DNA of 64,000 bases from Azolla caroliniana. Taxonomy: Eukaryota; Plantae; Polypodiophyta. The stretch is from the NCBI GenBank assembly GCA_043228905.1, contig JBHGNT010000001.1:14074001-14138000 (forward strand), read 5' to 3'. Each line of letters starts with the position of its first letter. Position 1 is the first letter of the stretch. A program made the translations under genes and the position numbers. Positions 61,221-64,000 of the stretch are shown piece after piece. The notes beneath the pieces are model-generated. The model was not told the DNA's origin. It saw nothing but the letters and a program-made list of their open reading frames with translations, and made no database searches.

Positions 61221-62610
61221 ATGGGAAGCTCGCTACCGACTGAGAAGGTCGATAGGAGCAACTACGCATCTTGGTCGTACAAGATGCACTAGCACCTGCT
61301 TGGTCATGGCTACTAGAGTTATGTCGAAGGAGCTAATGATACAACGCCCGAATCAACACACAGAGATTTTTCGGCTTGGGAACAAGCGGCAAGCAGAGTT
61401 CTTTACTGCTTCGCGTTCTATGTGAGCGACTAGCTCTTGAGCTACATTCGGAATGCTAAGACGCCAAAGGACACGTGGACGAATCTCAAGAGGATATACA
61501 CCGCTAGCACAATGACCAGGAACCTACAACTCAAGCAAGAGCTCAGCAATGTCCGATAGAAAGATCTGTTTGTGGTCGATTACACGGCCCGAATCAAGGA
61601 GATGTTGTGACTCTCTCACCTCCGTCAACGTGAATGTCGAGGAGGAAGAAATGGTGCAGGTGTGTCTTGGTGGGTTAGCATCAAAGTTCTTTGATCTACA
61701 GTAGGGAGATTACGCCTTTGTTCTTCGAGCTTCAATCGATGTTGCTCATGGAGGAAAGTCACGCAGGTGCGTCAACGAGTACACACACCAACAACAAGAT
61801 GTTGTACATGAAGGAAGATAGGCCCCGTAGTCGTGGCGGACAAGGCGGATCGGTGCGCAATGGAAGCGGCTGAAAAGAGCAGAACGTATGGCATAATCGA
61901 AATACTGGAAGCAATTCTGAACCCTCCGGAATCAAGGGGAGTCATAATGGTGCAGGAAGCCGGCAAGAGAAGGCCGCAACGGAATGCTAGTACTCTGGCA
62001 AGAAATGGCACAGAGAGAGCAAGTGATGGAAGAAGAGAGACAATTGGGACAAAGCCGGATCGAGCGGAAGAGACGCAAGAAGGTGTCAGAAATCGCACTA
62101 CGCCGAGGGCTCTGAACGAGCCGGAAGTGGATCAGGCTCAGCCTTCATAATGAAGCACGAGGCCAATTCGATGATTGTGAACACCTCGAAATTGAGCGAG
62201 GTATGGTATGTTGATTCCGGAGCATTAGTCATATGACGAGTCATGAGGAATGGTTCTTGTACTTGGAGAAACCGGAAAAACAAGGAGTGATCGAAACGGG
62301 AGACGACTCTCTGTATACTATCGAACATGTTGGAGAAGTTCCTCTCAGCCATGTCAGACAGAACATGAAACTTATGAACGTGTTGCACGTCTCGACAATA
62401 ACCAAGAACCTGGTGTCGGTCAAAAAGATTTTCGCCCAAGGGTTGCAAGTTCGATTCATGCACCTCAAGTGCTACATCGAAGAGGAAGGCCAAGTTATTG
62501 TGCAAGGGCGTCGTGAAGGGAGGATGTTCATCGTCGACACCAATCAAGCCGGAACCGCGCTGTTCGCGAAAGGACAGAAGGTCGAGTTGGACATCGATTT
62601 GTGGCACCGT
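61221..62610 (+). pseudogene. Copia gag-protease, decayed
   Basis: NYASWSYKMH, WYVDSGA, LMNVLHVSTITKNLVSV, DLWHR. Confidence 0.85.
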
Positions 62611-62614
62611 ACTT

Positions 62615-64000
62615 CTAATAGTCCCGTGTGGACTTGTATAAATAGCGCTGATGAGCGTGTTGTAGATACAGAGCACAGAGTATTCATGTAATTTTGGAAA
62701 ATAGTGTGTCCTGCTCTCTCTCTCTCTCTCTCGCGTACTCTCTCTCTCTCTCTCTCTCTCTTTGTGTATTGTTCTTTCTAACGCTTCCGCAAGCAATCTT
62801 TAACATGGTATCAGAGCGCGTGGGTTGAGAACCTCTGCTGCAGACATCTATGCTTGTGAAGGAAACCCTAACAGATCAGAAAACAAACACAAAAGGAGAA
62901 ATGGACAGAGGTATGGGTACGTCGCTCTTGGTGGAGAGGCTCGACAGAACCAACTACGCATCTTGGTCATACAAGATGCACCAGTACTTGCCTGGGCATG
63001 GCTACTAGAGTTATGTCGACGGAGTGAACGACTCAGCATCGGAGACGACACACAAGGACTTCCTAGTGTGGGAACAGGCGGCAAGCAGGGTGAGTACTGC
63101 TTTGCGTCCAGTGTCCGTGACCAGTTGCTCAGCCATATTTGTGATGCCAAGACACTGAAGGATGCTTGGGGAAACTTGAAAAAGGTCTTCGCCGCAAGCA
63201 CCAATGCCTGGAAGCTGCAACTCAGACAAGAGTTGAGCAATGTTCGACAGAAGAACATGTCGGTGGCAGATTACACAGCCCGGATCAAAGGGATCTGTGA
63301 CTCGCTTGCCTCTCAATTAACGTCACCGTAGAGGAAGACGAGATGGTGCAGGTCTATCTTGGAGGCCTGGCGTCCAAGTTCGGAGCTTTCCGAACTACGG
63401 TTTGTACAAGGGAGAATACACCCTCATTTTTCGACTTACAGTCGATGCTCCTTGTAGAGGAGAACCACGCCGGTGCATCTACCAGTGCATCCCCAGATAG
63501 CCGGATGCTGTACACGGGAGCGGATCGGTACCGTGAGCGTGGTGGACGAGGCAGGTTGGCACGCAATGGAGGCGGCCGGCAAGAGCAGGAACGAAGGCAG
63601 AGTGAGCGTGCCGACAGTAGTTCTGGGACTTCCACAAGCAGAGGGAGTCAAGGTGGTGCTGGAGGCCGGCAAGACAAATCCGCTACGGAATGCTCGTATT
63701 GTGGCAAAAAGGGCCACAGGGAAACCGAGTGCTGGAGAAAGCATGCCGATTCGGACAAATCCGGATCCGGCAAGACCGGTAAGGAAGGCCGGCAAAGCTC
63801 GCACTACGCAAACGGATCGGGAGGATCCAAGAACGGTAAGGGGCCAACCTTGGTGATGAAGCACAAGGCAAACTCGATGAAGAAGACCACTTCCAAATCA
63901 GAGGAAGTGTGGTACGTTGACTCCGGGGCATCGAACCACATGACGAGCCACGAGGAGTGGTTCTCCTTTTTGGAGAAGCCGGATCAACCGGGAGTTGTCG
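62615..64000 (+). mobile_element. Partial LTR (to 62805), iMet PBS 62806-62817 and copia gag-protease running off the window
   Basis: TTAACA TGGTATCAGAGC; NYASWSYKMHQY, CSYCGKKGHRETEC, WYVDSGASNHMT. Confidence 0.88.

Overview
Plant nuclear DNA, probably from a fern or other non-flowering land plant (it holds a plastid chlL fragment and Tcn1-type chromoviruses). About 80% is transposon-derived. 1-28.5 kb is a deep nest of LTR retrotransposons: two Tcn1-like Ty3 elements with Tf1-style self-priming signals, a large non-chromovirus Ty3 element with an extra 3' ORF and a tRNA-3'-end motif at BOTH internal ends (no polypurine tract), and a very young intact Ty1/copia element. At 28.5-30.2 kb, missed by the ORF track because it is split by introns and decay stops, lies a spliced pseudogene of a bacterial-type beta-class N4C/N6A DNA methyltransferase; this is the most unusual feature. 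The only clear host gene is an intronless TIFY/JAZ gene (34.3-35.0 kb) with a divergent Jas degron. 41.9-52.9 kb is bounded by long inverted repeats and contains a Sola-type DDD transposase plus a mosaic of plastid fragments (psbB twice, chlL, trnI, psaA, psbA, rrn23, trnfM). 53-64 kb is a stack of decayed copia elements. All calls were made by eye without database searches, so coordinates of decayed pieces are approximate.
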